Shown here: positions 10,803-20,402 of the stretch, piece by piece | Numbering within the stretch: position 1 is the first letter of the stretch | Layout: each line of letters starts with the position of its first letter | Source of the DNA: Trichormus sp. ATA11-4-KO1 | GTDB taxonomy: Bacteria; Cyanobacteriota; Cyanobacteriia; Cyanobacteriales; Nostocaceae | Direction: 5' to 3' | Assembly: GCA_019358915.1 (NCBI GenBank) | Contig: JAHHIM010000055.1 | Coordinates: 192,001-256,000 of the forward strand | DNA: 64,000 nt | The notes under the pieces: generated by a model | What the model was told of the DNA's origin: nothing | Database searches by the model: none | Seen by the model: only the letters and a program-made list of their open reading frames with translations | Program-made: the position numbers and the translations under genes

Positions 10803-13304
10803 TTACATAATATTTAATGGATCTACATCTATAGTTAAGTTAACAGAATCACCACAAAGCGATCGCACTGACTCCCAATCGGGTAATTGCGGTAATGCAT
10901 CAGGGGCAAATTTTAGCAATATTTGCCAGCGATAACGGTTGGCTACCCGCATGATACTAGCTGGTGCTGGGCCAAGGATTTCAAATCCTTCCTGATCGCT
11001 TAACGCTGTGGCGATGATTTGCGCTGTGTTCTGTACTTGGATGGGATCTAGGCTACTCAATCGCAATAAAATCAACCTTCCATAAGGCGGATAATTGAGT
11101 GCTTGCCGTTGTTCTAATTCAGCTTGTGAAAAAGATTGATAATCATGTTGTTGCATCGCCTCAATTACGGGATGCTCTGGGGTGTAAGTTTGCACAATTA
11201 CCCTACCTGGGTCGTTACCTCTCCCAGCCCGTCCAGCTACCTGTGTCAAGGTTTGAAATGCGCGTTCACTGGCGCGATAGTCTGATAAATGCAGCAAACC
11301 ATCAGCAGCAACCACACCTACAAGTGTCACCTGGGGTAAATCTAAACCTTTGGTGAGCATTTGTGTACCTACTAATAAATGGGCTTCCCCGTTGGCAAAT
11401 TGGGTGAGTAAGGTACGGTGTGCGCCTTTGTTACGGGTGGTATCACTATCAAAACGGATGAAACTCAACTGCGGAAACTGTCGCGTTAATTCCTGGGCGA
11501 CGCGCTGAGTTCCGCTACCAAAAAATTTGAGGTAAGGCGAACCACATTCGGGGCAATGTTGGGGATGCGGTCGCGTATAGTTACAGTAATGACAGCGTAA
11601 TAATTGCGGCGCACCTGCTTCGGTATGGTGATACGAAAGTGACACATCGCAGTAAGGACATTCCATCACATATCCACAACTGCGACAAGAAACAAAGGTG
11701 CTGTGTCCCCGCCGATGAATAAATAAAATTCCCTGTTGTTGCTTCTCTTGTAGTTGGTTTAAAGCTGTTTGTAGCGATCTACTGAATATTGAACGATTTC
11801 CCTGCTGCAACTCTAGCCGCATATCTACTAGTTCTACTGGTGGTAATGGGCGGGAGTGGATGCGTTCGGGGAGGGAGAGGTAATGGGGGACAAGGGGAGG
11901 GGAGGCGTTTTTTACGCTTACCCAACTTTCTAATGAGGGGGTGGCGGAACCTAATATTAAGGGACAGTTTTCTAATTCGGCTCGCCATTGGGCGACGGTG
12001 CGGGCGTGGTAGGTGGGGATGGGTGAGTCTTGCTTAAAGCTGCTGTCGTGTTCTTCATCTAGGATGATTAATCCTAAGTTAGGCAATGGGGCGAAAATGG
12101 CACTACGAGTCCCGATGACAATTTGGGGTTCTCCTGTCAGCATTTGTCGCCAAGTGTCGTAACGTTCTCCTTCGGAGAGGGCGCTGTGATAAACACTGAT
12201 TTGATTGCCGAAACGGGCGCGGAAACGGTCTGTTAACTGGGGTGTGAGTCCAATTTCTGGGACTAAGACTAAGGCGGATTTACCTTGATTCAGGAGAGGT
12301 GCGATCGCTTGTAAATATACTTCTGTTTTGCCTGAACCTGTAATCCCATGCAACAATACTTGAGCAAATCCCTTGAGGGCTTTTATGCTCTCCAAGGCAT
12401 GAGCTTGGGCAGTATTTAGGGTTTTGGGGTGATCTTGCGCTAATGCAGGACTTTGTTCTGTTCGTAATACTTCCTGCTCTGCAATCACGATATAGCCCTT
12501 TTGTGCCATCGTCTTGAGGGTAGAGGAAGCAGCATGACAAATTTGCAACAATTCACTTTGCCATAACTCTCCACCACGTCGCCGCAATACTTCTAAAATT
12601 TCTCGTTGGCGAGTAGTTAAATCACTGTCAATGGCACCAATCAAGGTGACTGCTTTTTGTAGCTTTGGTCGATTTAATCGCGGTGGTTCTAAATAACTTT
12701 CTACTAACCCAAATCGCAATAACTCCCGCACTCCCCGATAAGCTGTTTTGACTTTTTGTTGCAGGTAGACGAAACTGTAGTCTCCTGCTGACTGAGCTTG
12801 CAAAAGTTTTAAAACTTGCTGGGCTGCGGGACTAAGGAAGGTTGGAGATGAGGAAATTTGTCTGTTTATTTTCTGCTCTGGGAGCAAGCGAATGCGACGT
12901 TGCGATCGCCCCAGCAATCCTGGTGGTAATGCCACCCGGATCACTTGAATTAAAGGCGTATAGTAATATGCAGCTACCCGATTTAATAATTCCCAATAAG
13001 TAGTGGGGAAAAATCCTTCGCTCACTACATCTTCTACTTCTCGAATTTTCTCTGGTGGTAGATCGAGATTTGGTTCTGCTAATAAACGAATAGCGATCGC
13101 TCCTACCTTTTGGGCACCAAATGGCACACTTAAAATATCACCAGGTTTTATTTTTAACTGACTTGGCAATCGGTAAGTAAATAGTCCTGTAGCGCCTGGA
13201 CAGTCCACCAGAACTTCAATCCAGCCATTTCTATTCTCTGAATGGTAAGTTTCTTCAGGCTCAGCAACCATCAAATTAAGTAAATTTATGTCGTTTGTAT
13301 ACAT
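10803..13304 (-). CDS. priA: Primosomal protein N' (replication-restart helicase)
   Basis: Motifs GITGSGKT and DEEH, four CxxC zinc motifs, and QVAGRAGR. Confidence 0.97.
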   Translation of the reverse strand: MYTNDINLLNLMVAEPEETYHSENRNGWIEVLVDCPGATGLFTYRLPSQLKIKPGDILSVPFGAQKVGAIAIRLLAEPNLDLPPEKIREVEDVVSEGFFPTTYWELLNRVAAYYYTPLIQVIRVALPPGLLGRSQRRIRLLPEQKINRQISSSPTFLSPAAQQVLKLLQAQSAGDYSFVYLQQKVKTAYRGVRELLRFGLVESYLEPPRLNRPKLQKAVTLIGAIDSDLTTRQREILEVLRRRGGELWQSELLQICHAASSTLKTMAQKGYIVIAEQEVLRTEQSPALAQDHPKTLNTAQAHALESIKALKGFAQVLLHGITGSGKTEVYLQAIAPLLNQGKSALVLVPEIGLTPQLTDRFRARFGNQISVYHSALSEGERYDTWRQMLTGEPQIVIGTRSAIFAPLPNLGLIILDEEHDSSFKQDSPIPTYHARTVAQWRAELENCPLILGSATPSLESWVSVKNASPPLVPHYLSLPERIHSRPLPPVELVDMRLELQQGNRSIFSRSLQTALNQLQEKQQQGILFIHRRGHSTFVSCRSCGYVMECPYCDVSLSYHHTEAGAPQLLRCHYCNYTRPHPQHCPECGSPYLKFFGSGTQRVAQELTRQFPQLSFIRFDSDTTRNKGAHRTLLTQFANGEAHLLVGTQMLTKGLDLPQVTLVGVVAADGLLHLSDYRASERAFQTLTQVAGRAGRGNDPGRVIVQTYTPEHPVIEAMQQHDYQSFSQAELEQRQALNYPPYGRLILLRLSSLDPIQVQNTAQIIATALSDQEGFEILGPAPASIMRVANRYRWQILLKFAPDALPQLPDWESVRSLCGDSVNLTIDVDPLNIM

Positions 13305-13404
13305 GGTTTGGTAATTTTATAGATAAAGATTTGTCTTGCTTTCACTTAGTTGCTTAGATTTCACCTAGCCACCCAAAATCTTTTTTCTTTCTTAAAGATA
13401 AAAT

Positions 13405-13446
13405 GTATTTGATAATACTTTTATTCCACATAATACTTGATAAGTT
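13405..13446 (+). promoter_or_regulatory. NtcA-activated promoter (GTA-N8-TAC-N22-TAN3T) upstream of the sigma factor gene
   Basis: GTATTTGATAATAC at 13405-13418, then exactly 22 nt, then TAAGTT at 13441-13446. Confidence 0.7.
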
Positions 13447-14093
13447 TCCTCTTATGTAATCTACTAGACAATTTCGTCTTAACAATACATGCAATAAATA
13501 TTTAAAGTCCACTATAAAAAATCAAGCTATCTTTCCGGCTATTTCGGAAATAGTTTGACATCTACTAAATAGGACATAGCCTTTTTCAGCCTCTTGATAG
13601 ATATTCAACTGTTTGTGTATATGAGATGCTTTTATACAAACAAAATAATTCAGAAAATTAAACTAGTCAACTTGTGTCCTTTAGGAAGCTTTATGAAAGA
13701 AGCATAACCCCAAAACCAAGATGATGATTTCTGATCTGTAATGATTCCCAACCCACAAAGCTTAAAAATTTTTATACATTTTTAAGCTAATGGCATGTTT
13801 ACCTAAGTTTTTTATATTTGTTAAAGTGGATAAAGGTTGAGGGGATTTGACAGATTTGGGTATTAAGAAAAAAATAAGGAAAATATCTGTTGGAACCTGA
13901 GAAGATAGTTTTTGGGTGCAAAAACCAGTATTTGTTAGAGGTTCTATCTAACAGGAACCAAGAAATGACAGCTAAAAGCTGACTTTCACTACCGAATAAG
14001 CAGTTAGCAGAAATATGTATTTTTCTCACAAAGGGGTGCATTTGTTTCTTAGGGAAAACTACCAAGCTTTAAGCAAGCGGCTGTCACTAAATT

Positions 14094-15263
14094 ATGTACC
14101 AAACAAAGCAAAAATCCCTAAAGGAAACTATGAACATTGCTGAATTGGGAACAATGGAAATACTGGAAACTACTGCCGAACATGAAGAAAACTCACTTGA
14201 TATTTTAGAACCAGTAGTAGAAGAAGAATCCCCAATTGTAGAAAATCTGGAATCAGAGGAACGTGATGGGGACGAAATGGCGGCGGCGCGGCCTTCAGGA
14301 TACAATAAAACCGAGCATGATGATGCTGTAGGTGCATTTTTTAAAGAAATGGCGCGTTATCCGTTGCTAAAACCCGACGAAGAAGTGGAGTTAGCTCGGC
14401 GAGTCCGGTTTCTAGAAGAAGTTAGGGAAGTACAAGATGCTTTGGAGTTACAACTGGGACAGCAACCCAGCAAGGAACAAGTAGCTTCCCAGCTAGACAT
14501 GACAGAAAAGCAGTTAGAAAGTCGCTTATATCAAGGTCGAGTTGCGAAACGCAAGATGATTCGCTCGAACTTGAGATTGGTAGTGTCAATTGCTAAGCGG
14601 TATCTAAATCGTGGTGTACCTTTTCTGGACTTAATTCAGGAAGGTGCAATGGGATTAAATCGGGCTACAGAAAAATTTGATCCAGATAAAGGATATAAGT
14701 TTTCTACCTACGCCTACTGGTGGATTAGACAAGCAATTACGCGAGCGATCGCCAACGATGCGCGGACAATCCGGTTACCTATCCACATTGTCGAAAAACT
14801 CAACAAACTCAAAAAAGCCCAGCGCGAACTCAAGCAAAAACTCTGTCGCAATCCCTCCGAAGCTGAAATGGCAGAAGCTTTGGAAATTAACGTGCAACAA
14901 CTACGCCAACTACAACAGCTACGTCGTCAAGCACTTTCCCTCAATCACCGTGTCGGTAAAGAAGAAGACACAGAACTGATGGATTTGCTAGAAGACGAAG
15001 ATAACCTGTCTCCAGAAGCAAAAATGAACGAAAACATGATGCGTCAGGAGATTTGGGAAGTGTTGGGTGATGTGCTAACTCCACGGGAAAAAGACGTGAT
15101 TTCTCTGCGCTATGGCTTAACAACCAGCGAACCTTGTACCTTAGAAGAAGTCGGTAATATGTTCAATCTGTCCCGTGAACGAGTGCGACAAATTCAAAGC
15201 AAAGCTATGCGGAAATTGCGCCGTCCTCACATAGCCAAACGTTTAAAAGGATGGCTAATTTAA
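14094..15263 (+). CDS. sigE: Group 2 sigma-70 factor (SigE-like)
   Basis: Region 2 SNLRLVVSIAKRY, DLIQEG and FSTYAYWWIRQ; region 4 SRERVRQIQ. The priA/GNAT/petJ synteny matches my recollection of Anabaena sigE, so the symbol is less certain than the family. Confidence 0.85.
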   Translation: MYQTKQKSLKETMNIAELGTMEILETTAEHEENSLDILEPVVEEESPIVENLESEERDGDEMAAARPSGYNKTEHDDAVGAFFKEMARYPLLKPDEEVELARRVRFLEEVREVQDALELQLGQQPSKEQVASQLDMTEKQLESRLYQGRVAKRKMIRSNLRLVVSIAKRYLNRGVPFLDLIQEGAMGLNRATEKFDPDKGYKFSTYAYWWIRQAITRAIANDARTIRLPIHIVEKLNKLKKAQRELKQKLCRNPSEAEMAEALEINVQQLRQLQQLRRQALSLNHRVGKEEDTELMDLLEDEDNLSPEAKMNENMMRQEIWEVLGDVLTPREKDVISLRYGLTTSEPCTLEEVGNMFNLSRERVRQIQSKAMRKLRRPHIAKRLKGWLI

Positions 15264-15330
15264 AAAGTCATATCAAGTATTTGGCTTGAGTAGATAAATT
15301 AATTCCTCAGCCAATTAACATCCTTATGAA

Positions 15331-15428
15331 CTAGTACACTGCGGCGGAAGTATGGATACTATGCCAAATAATGCAAAAGCCTAAAATCAACTCCTTTTGA
15401 CTTTTGACTTCCGCAAAGCGGCTTGTAT
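15331..15428. mobile_element. Short MITE-like repeat (CTAGTAC..GCGGAAGT ... TTTTGACTTTTGACTTCCGC)
   Basis: Imperfect inverted ends GCGGAAGT/ACTTCCGC with TTTTGAC heptamers. Confidence 0.5.
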
Positions 15429-15513
15429 TTGTATATTGTTTAATCCTAACCACCAGCAAGCCACCATCTGGGAATTTAAACACTAGCTCCTTAATCTTGT
15501 CTTTAGTCATTAA

Positions 15514-16086
<573 letters not shown>

Positions 16087-16139
16087 CGAGTGGGTACTAG
16101 TATTTGTTACTCAACACTCAGCACTTTTTTGTTGAAGTT

Positions 16140-16183
16140 TGACGGCTTGTCTTTTGACTAAGGCAATTTGTTCAACTGAAAAT
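16140..16183 (+). promoter_or_regulatory. Putative PetR box (GAC-N5-GTC) with -35/-10 elements of petJ
   Basis: TGACGGCTTGTCTTTTGACT followed by GAAAAT at 16178-16183. It is nearly identical to 17776-17818. Confidence 0.6.
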
Positions 16184-16231
16184 TAGGAAGGATATTGATC
16201 GCATCAGCCGTTTTTGCAGAGAGAACACGAA

Positions 16232-16564
16232 ATGAAAACAATTTTTTCATTACTACTATTAGGCATAACAATCTTCACCTTTGCCTTCAGTAGTCCAGCT
16301 TTAGCAGCAGATACTGTTAACGGAGCTAAAGTATTTAGTGCTAATTGCGCTTCTTGTCATGTAGGTGGCAAAAATCTGGTTCAAGCCAACAAAAGCCTGA
16401 AGAAGGATGATTTGGAAAAATATAATTTGTACTCAGCAGAGGCAATTATTAGCCAAGTTACAAATGGTAAAAATGCTATGCCAGCCTTCAAAGGTCGTTT
16501 AAAACCAGAACAGATTGAAGATGTAGCTGCTTACGTACTTGAACAAGCAGAAAAAGGTTGGTAA
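16232..16564 (+). CDS. petJ: Cytochrome c6
   Basis: Signal peptide ending in ALA, CASCH heme motif, GKNAMPAF and a terminal W. ATG at 16232. Confidence 0.95.
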   Translation: MKTIFSLLLLGITIFTFAFSSPALAADTVNGAKVFSANCASCHVGGKNLVQANKSLKKDDLEKYNLYSAEAIISQVTNGKNAMPAFKGRLKPEQIEDVAAYVLEQAEKGW

Positions 16565-16714
16565 CTAACCTAAATTGATACAGTTTATAGCTGTAGTCAC
16601 ATATATTAGGACAGTGTTGATTGCTCATAGCAATGATGCAACTGAGTTTATACTCAGCACTCAGCACTCAGCACTTAGAAAGGAAGCACTTTACTATAGC
16701 TATTGCTACTGTAG

Positions 16715-16830
16715 ATAGAATACTACTTCGGAGTTGCTAGGTATACTCGACTCAAGCGAAGAGCGCCAGCACAATTAGCGGGGCTGTTTGTCCCGTTAAT
16801 TTTGTTTTTGCCGAAATTGTCAAATACGAT
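16715..16830 (+). ncRNA. Candidate yybP-ykoY-like (Mn2+) riboswitch / structured leader
   Basis: TTCGGAGTTGC ... CGCCAGCAC, the hairpin AATTAGCGGGGC-TGTTT-GTCCCGTTAATT, and a closing CCGAA. These resemble the yybP-ykoY GGAGUAGC/CGUCAUCAC motifs, judged by eye only. Confidence 0.4.
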
Positions 16831-17767
16831 GCTTATGACTTATTTCTGGCGATTATTTTTCAGTGTACTGATTGCTTTCTGCCTAACTTTTGCGACTTCA
16901 GTATCACAATCATTAGCTCTAGATATCACCCAAATAACAGCCAATGAGTATTTAAAATTGGGTGTAAAGCAGATGCAGCGAAGTGATTACCAAGAAGCAA
17001 TCGAGAATTTTAACCAAGCGCTGCAAGTTCAAGAAGATTTTGCTGTAGCTGATAGCGATCACTGTCCTCAATTACCAGATTACCACCAAGCGGGCCGCCT
17101 GCGGACGAGTTTCGCTAATGCAGATTGTACTCAAGCCAAAAATTTAGCCCGTAAGAAATTTGAAACTTATTTGCTTCGGGGATTAGCATACTACAGACAA
17201 GGGGATGATCCAGCAGCCATTGCAGATTATAACCAAGCGATCGCCCTCAAGCCTGATGATTTTCGAGCTTACTACAACCGAGGTCTAGCCCATGCCGGTC
17301 AAGAGAATTATTCACAGGCGATCATCGATTATAATTTAGCTCTAACTCAAATTCCCCAAACAGCTAGTGTATTTTTGGGGGATATCTACAATGACAGAGG
17401 TTTAGCTCATTTAGTCTTGCAAGACTTTCCAGCAGCTATGCTCGATTTTAATTTGGCAATTCGTTTTAATCCGCAGGGTTATCGAGCTTACTTTAACAGA
17501 GGCTGTGCTAGCGGCACAAATGGCGATAATTTTGGTGCAGTCCGCGATTTTTCTCAAGTTATTAAACTTGACCCTAGTAATGCTCAGGCTTACGTTAACC
17601 GAGGAATGGCTCAATATCGCCTAGGATACCATCAAGGAGCGATCGCGGACTTAAAACAAGCATCTGAGTACTTTGGTAACCAAGGAAAGACAGTTGCCTA
17701 CGAAAAAACTTTAGATTTACTCAAGAGTCTGCGCCAACAATTAGAATTTGTCACCGCGATCGCCTAA
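16802..17767 (+). CDS. Exported tetratricopeptide-repeat protein
   Basis: Signal-peptide-like N-terminus and repeated AYYNRG..AI.D..AI TPR units. The real start may be the ATG at 16829 or 16835. Confidence 0.88.
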   Translation: MFLPKLSNTMLMTYFWRLFFSVLIAFCLTFATSVSQSLALDITQITANEYLKLGVKQMQRSDYQEAIENFNQALQVQEDFAVADSDHCPQLPDYHQAGRLRTSFANADCTQAKNLARKKFETYLLRGLAYYRQGDDPAAIADYNQAIALKPDDFRAYYNRGLAHAGQENYSQAIIDYNLALTQIPQTASVFLGDIYNDRGLAHLVLQDFPAAMLDFNLAIRFNPQGYRAYFNRGCASGTNGDNFGAVRDFSQVIKLDPSNAQAYVNRGMAQYRLGYHQGAIADLKQASEYFGNQGKTVAYEKTLDLLKSLRQQLEFVTAIA

Positions 17768-17775
17768 CGGAACTA

Positions 17776-17818
17776 TGACAGCTTGTCTTTTGACACCTAT
17801 TAGCAGTAACTAGAAAAT
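17776..17818 (+). promoter_or_regulatory. Putative PetR box and sigma70 promoter of the TonB-dependent receptor
   Basis: TGACAGCTTGTCTTTTGACA: GAC-N5-GTC, TTGACA at 17790-17795, 17 nt, then GAAAAT at 17813-17818. Confidence 0.55.
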
Positions 17819-17858
17819 AGCATTTGGTTACTGTTTTTACTTGGTGTGAGAAAAAAAC

Positions 17859-19933
17859 GTGAATAAGTCTTTTTTTTTATTGCAGTTGCTTTACCTAGCT
17901 CACTGATAGCTTTTCCTGCTTTAGCTGCTGAGATAAAGCAGGGAAATTCAATCATTTTTAACTTAAATGAAATCGAGTTACCTGCCACTAATGCTGAATT
18001 ATTAACTCAACAATCTATACCAATTGAAGTTAACCCAGAAACTCAGCCGGAAATAGAATCAACTCCCAACGATGATGCAGACATTTTTATAGAAGTGGTG
18101 GGAGAAAAAGACCCTTTGCCTGAGTCTACGCCTGTTTATGTAGTTGATCAAGAAGAAATTAAAAAGCAGGGTGCTACAAGTGTCGCTGATGTCTTAAAAA
18201 GAATGCCTGGTTTTGCCATCAATGATGTAGGTCATGGTGCAGATATTCACACAGGTACATACTACCGGGGAGCCTCAATTAATCAGTCTGTCTTTCTCAT
18301 TAATGGCAGACCAATTAATAATAATGTCAACACTTATCATGGTGGAACCGATTTAAATAGTATTCCTGTAGAGGCCATTGAACGAGTGGAATTATATAGC
18401 GGTGTAACTTCCGCTTTGTATGGTTCATCAGCCTTTGGGGGAGTTGTGAATATCATCACCAAAGAAGGTTATGGTCAACCTAAATTGACTGGTAGTGTAG
18501 AATTTGGCTCATTGAGCTTAAATAATCAACAAGTAAGCTATGGTGGCTCGGTTGGCGATGCTCGGTATAACTTCAGTTTTGAAAGATTCTTTATAGATAA
18601 TCGTTACCGTGTTCCCGTTGGTGCAGCCAATCGTGATGCTCAAGGCTTTTTATCGAATGCAGACACAGCTACCAGTACCTACTTTGGCAGTATTGCTTTA
18701 GATTTAGATAGTAAAAATTCTTTGAGTTTAGATGTTAAAAAACTTAGCAGTCGTAGAGGTTTAATTTATTTCGGATTCCCTCTACAAAGAGATAGATTAG
18801 ACCATGATGGCTTCAACGTTGGCTTATCTTGGAAAACTCGATTGAGTGAAGGGGAAAATTCAAATCTCACAACCACACTTGGCTATAACCAAGATTATTT
18901 CAGCACTTATGGACCTACAGTTTTTGCCGGACAGGAATTTAACCGCACAGGAGTTTTAGACACACAACAACTCACAGCCAGAATAGATCATGATTGGAAA
19001 TTAACACCTCACAATAAATTGCGTTGGGGATTAGATTTAAAAAATACTAACTTAAACGGCGATACTATCAGTACTAGACCTGATAGAATTGCTAATAACG
19101 GCACTGAAAATAGAAATGTATTAAATACAGCATTGTTTGCTGTTAATACTTTAAACATTAGTAATAATTTTCAGATAGATTTAGGGCTAAGACAAAGCTT
19201 TGATGGGCAGTTTGGCAATTATCTCAATCCTAGTGCTGGGTTACGTTATGCCCTCACACCAACAGTAGCCTTCCGTGGAAGTTGGGCAGGAGGACAGCGC
19301 AATCCTGGGTTAGATCAATTATATGTTTATGATACAGTTCACGGTTGGGAACCAAACCCCGATTTAAGACCAGAAACTGGTTCATCATGGACTGCGGGAG
19401 TAGATGTCAAACTAGCTAATAATTTGATTGGACAGTTTACTTACTTCGGTAGTAGTTTGGATAATCGCTTAGGAATTATAGCCGGAAGATGGGAAAATAT
19501 TGGGTTAGTAAATACTAATGGTTTAGAGGCAGCATTGCAATTACAAATTGCCGATGGTTGGTCAACTTTCCTCAATTATACTTATACAGATGCTCAAATA
19601 AAAACGGGAGTAGAAAGAGGGTTACAGTTGGGTTTAATTCCTTATTCTGTCATGCAAACTGGTATAGGTTATCAAAATTCAGGTTGGCAAGCTAACTTAT
19701 ATGTTACCTATAACAGTGGCACGCGTAGAGCCTTATTTAATAACCCTGGTGAAAGTAATAGAGATTTTGCACCTTCTTTCTTAAACTTAGATTTGAGTGG
19801 TCGTATACCTTTAACTAGCAATTTAGGTCTGACAGTTTATTTAGAAAATTTACTAGGTGAGCAATACGAGCGAGTTAATCGTATCTATAGTCCTGGGTTG
19901 ACATTTCGTGTAGGTTTAACCTCAAATTTGTAG
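17859..19933 (+). CDS. TonB-dependent outer-membrane receptor; N-terminus frameshifted in a T9 tract
   Basis: Plug motifs (VFLINGRP, DLNSIPVEAIERVE, SALYGS.AFGGVVNIITK), NPDLRPE and a beta-barrel C-terminus. The frame is open from 17867; the GTG at 17859 joins it only if one T is added at 17870-17878. Confidence 0.9.
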
Positions 19934-19941
19934 TAGCGTGT

Positions 19942-20066
19942 CTAGTACTCTGCCAAACTAAATTTGATGGGTGAAAGAATGAACCGCAAAGTACACAAAG
20001 GAAAAGGGAAAAAAGAAAAATTTAAAGGTTGATTAACCTATCAAAATTAACCTGGTGGAGTAGTAG
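19942..20066. mobile_element. MITE-like element with imperfect terminal inverted repeats
   Basis: CTAGTACTCTGCCAAACTAAATTTGATGGGT ... ACCTATCAAAATTAACCTGGTGGAGTAGTAG. Confidence 0.6.
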
Positions 20067-20149
20067 AATGCGTGTGCTACACGATTGAGCTAATTATATT
20101 GGTAAATTTGCCAAACCAGGATGCTCCCAAGCAATATACAATAGCTGAT

Positions 20150-20350
20150 ATGAGAGCCAGTATTGAAAATACAGTGCTGTTTTTGCACCATGAGGACTTA
20201 CCAAAATTTAAAAAAGGCGGTTCGGTGGTAAGAAATTCTTATTTCTGGGCTTTACGTTCAATTGCTGGTCGAACTTCTCGTTATCGTGATGCTGAAATTG
20301 AAAAATGTTTAGCATCCTTTGAACCTCAGATTTTAGATGAACCGCAGTAA
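20150..20350 (+). pseudogene. Truncated conserved cyanobacterial hypothetical protein fused to a probable IS110 transposase fragment
   Basis: MRASIEN..KKGGSVVRNSYFWALRSIAGR is followed by an abrupt switch to DAEIEKCLASFEPQ. Confidence 0.5.
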
Positions 20351-20402
20351 GATGTTGACCAAGCCCGAACAACTGCAAGTGGCAAGGTAGGTATTTTGAA
20401 CG

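Noticed and set aside
17768..17858. Cobalamin riboswitch or Fur/Zur box ahead of the TonB receptor
   Set aside because: No B12-box motifs or GATAAT-type palindrome are visible, and the spacer is only about 90 bp.
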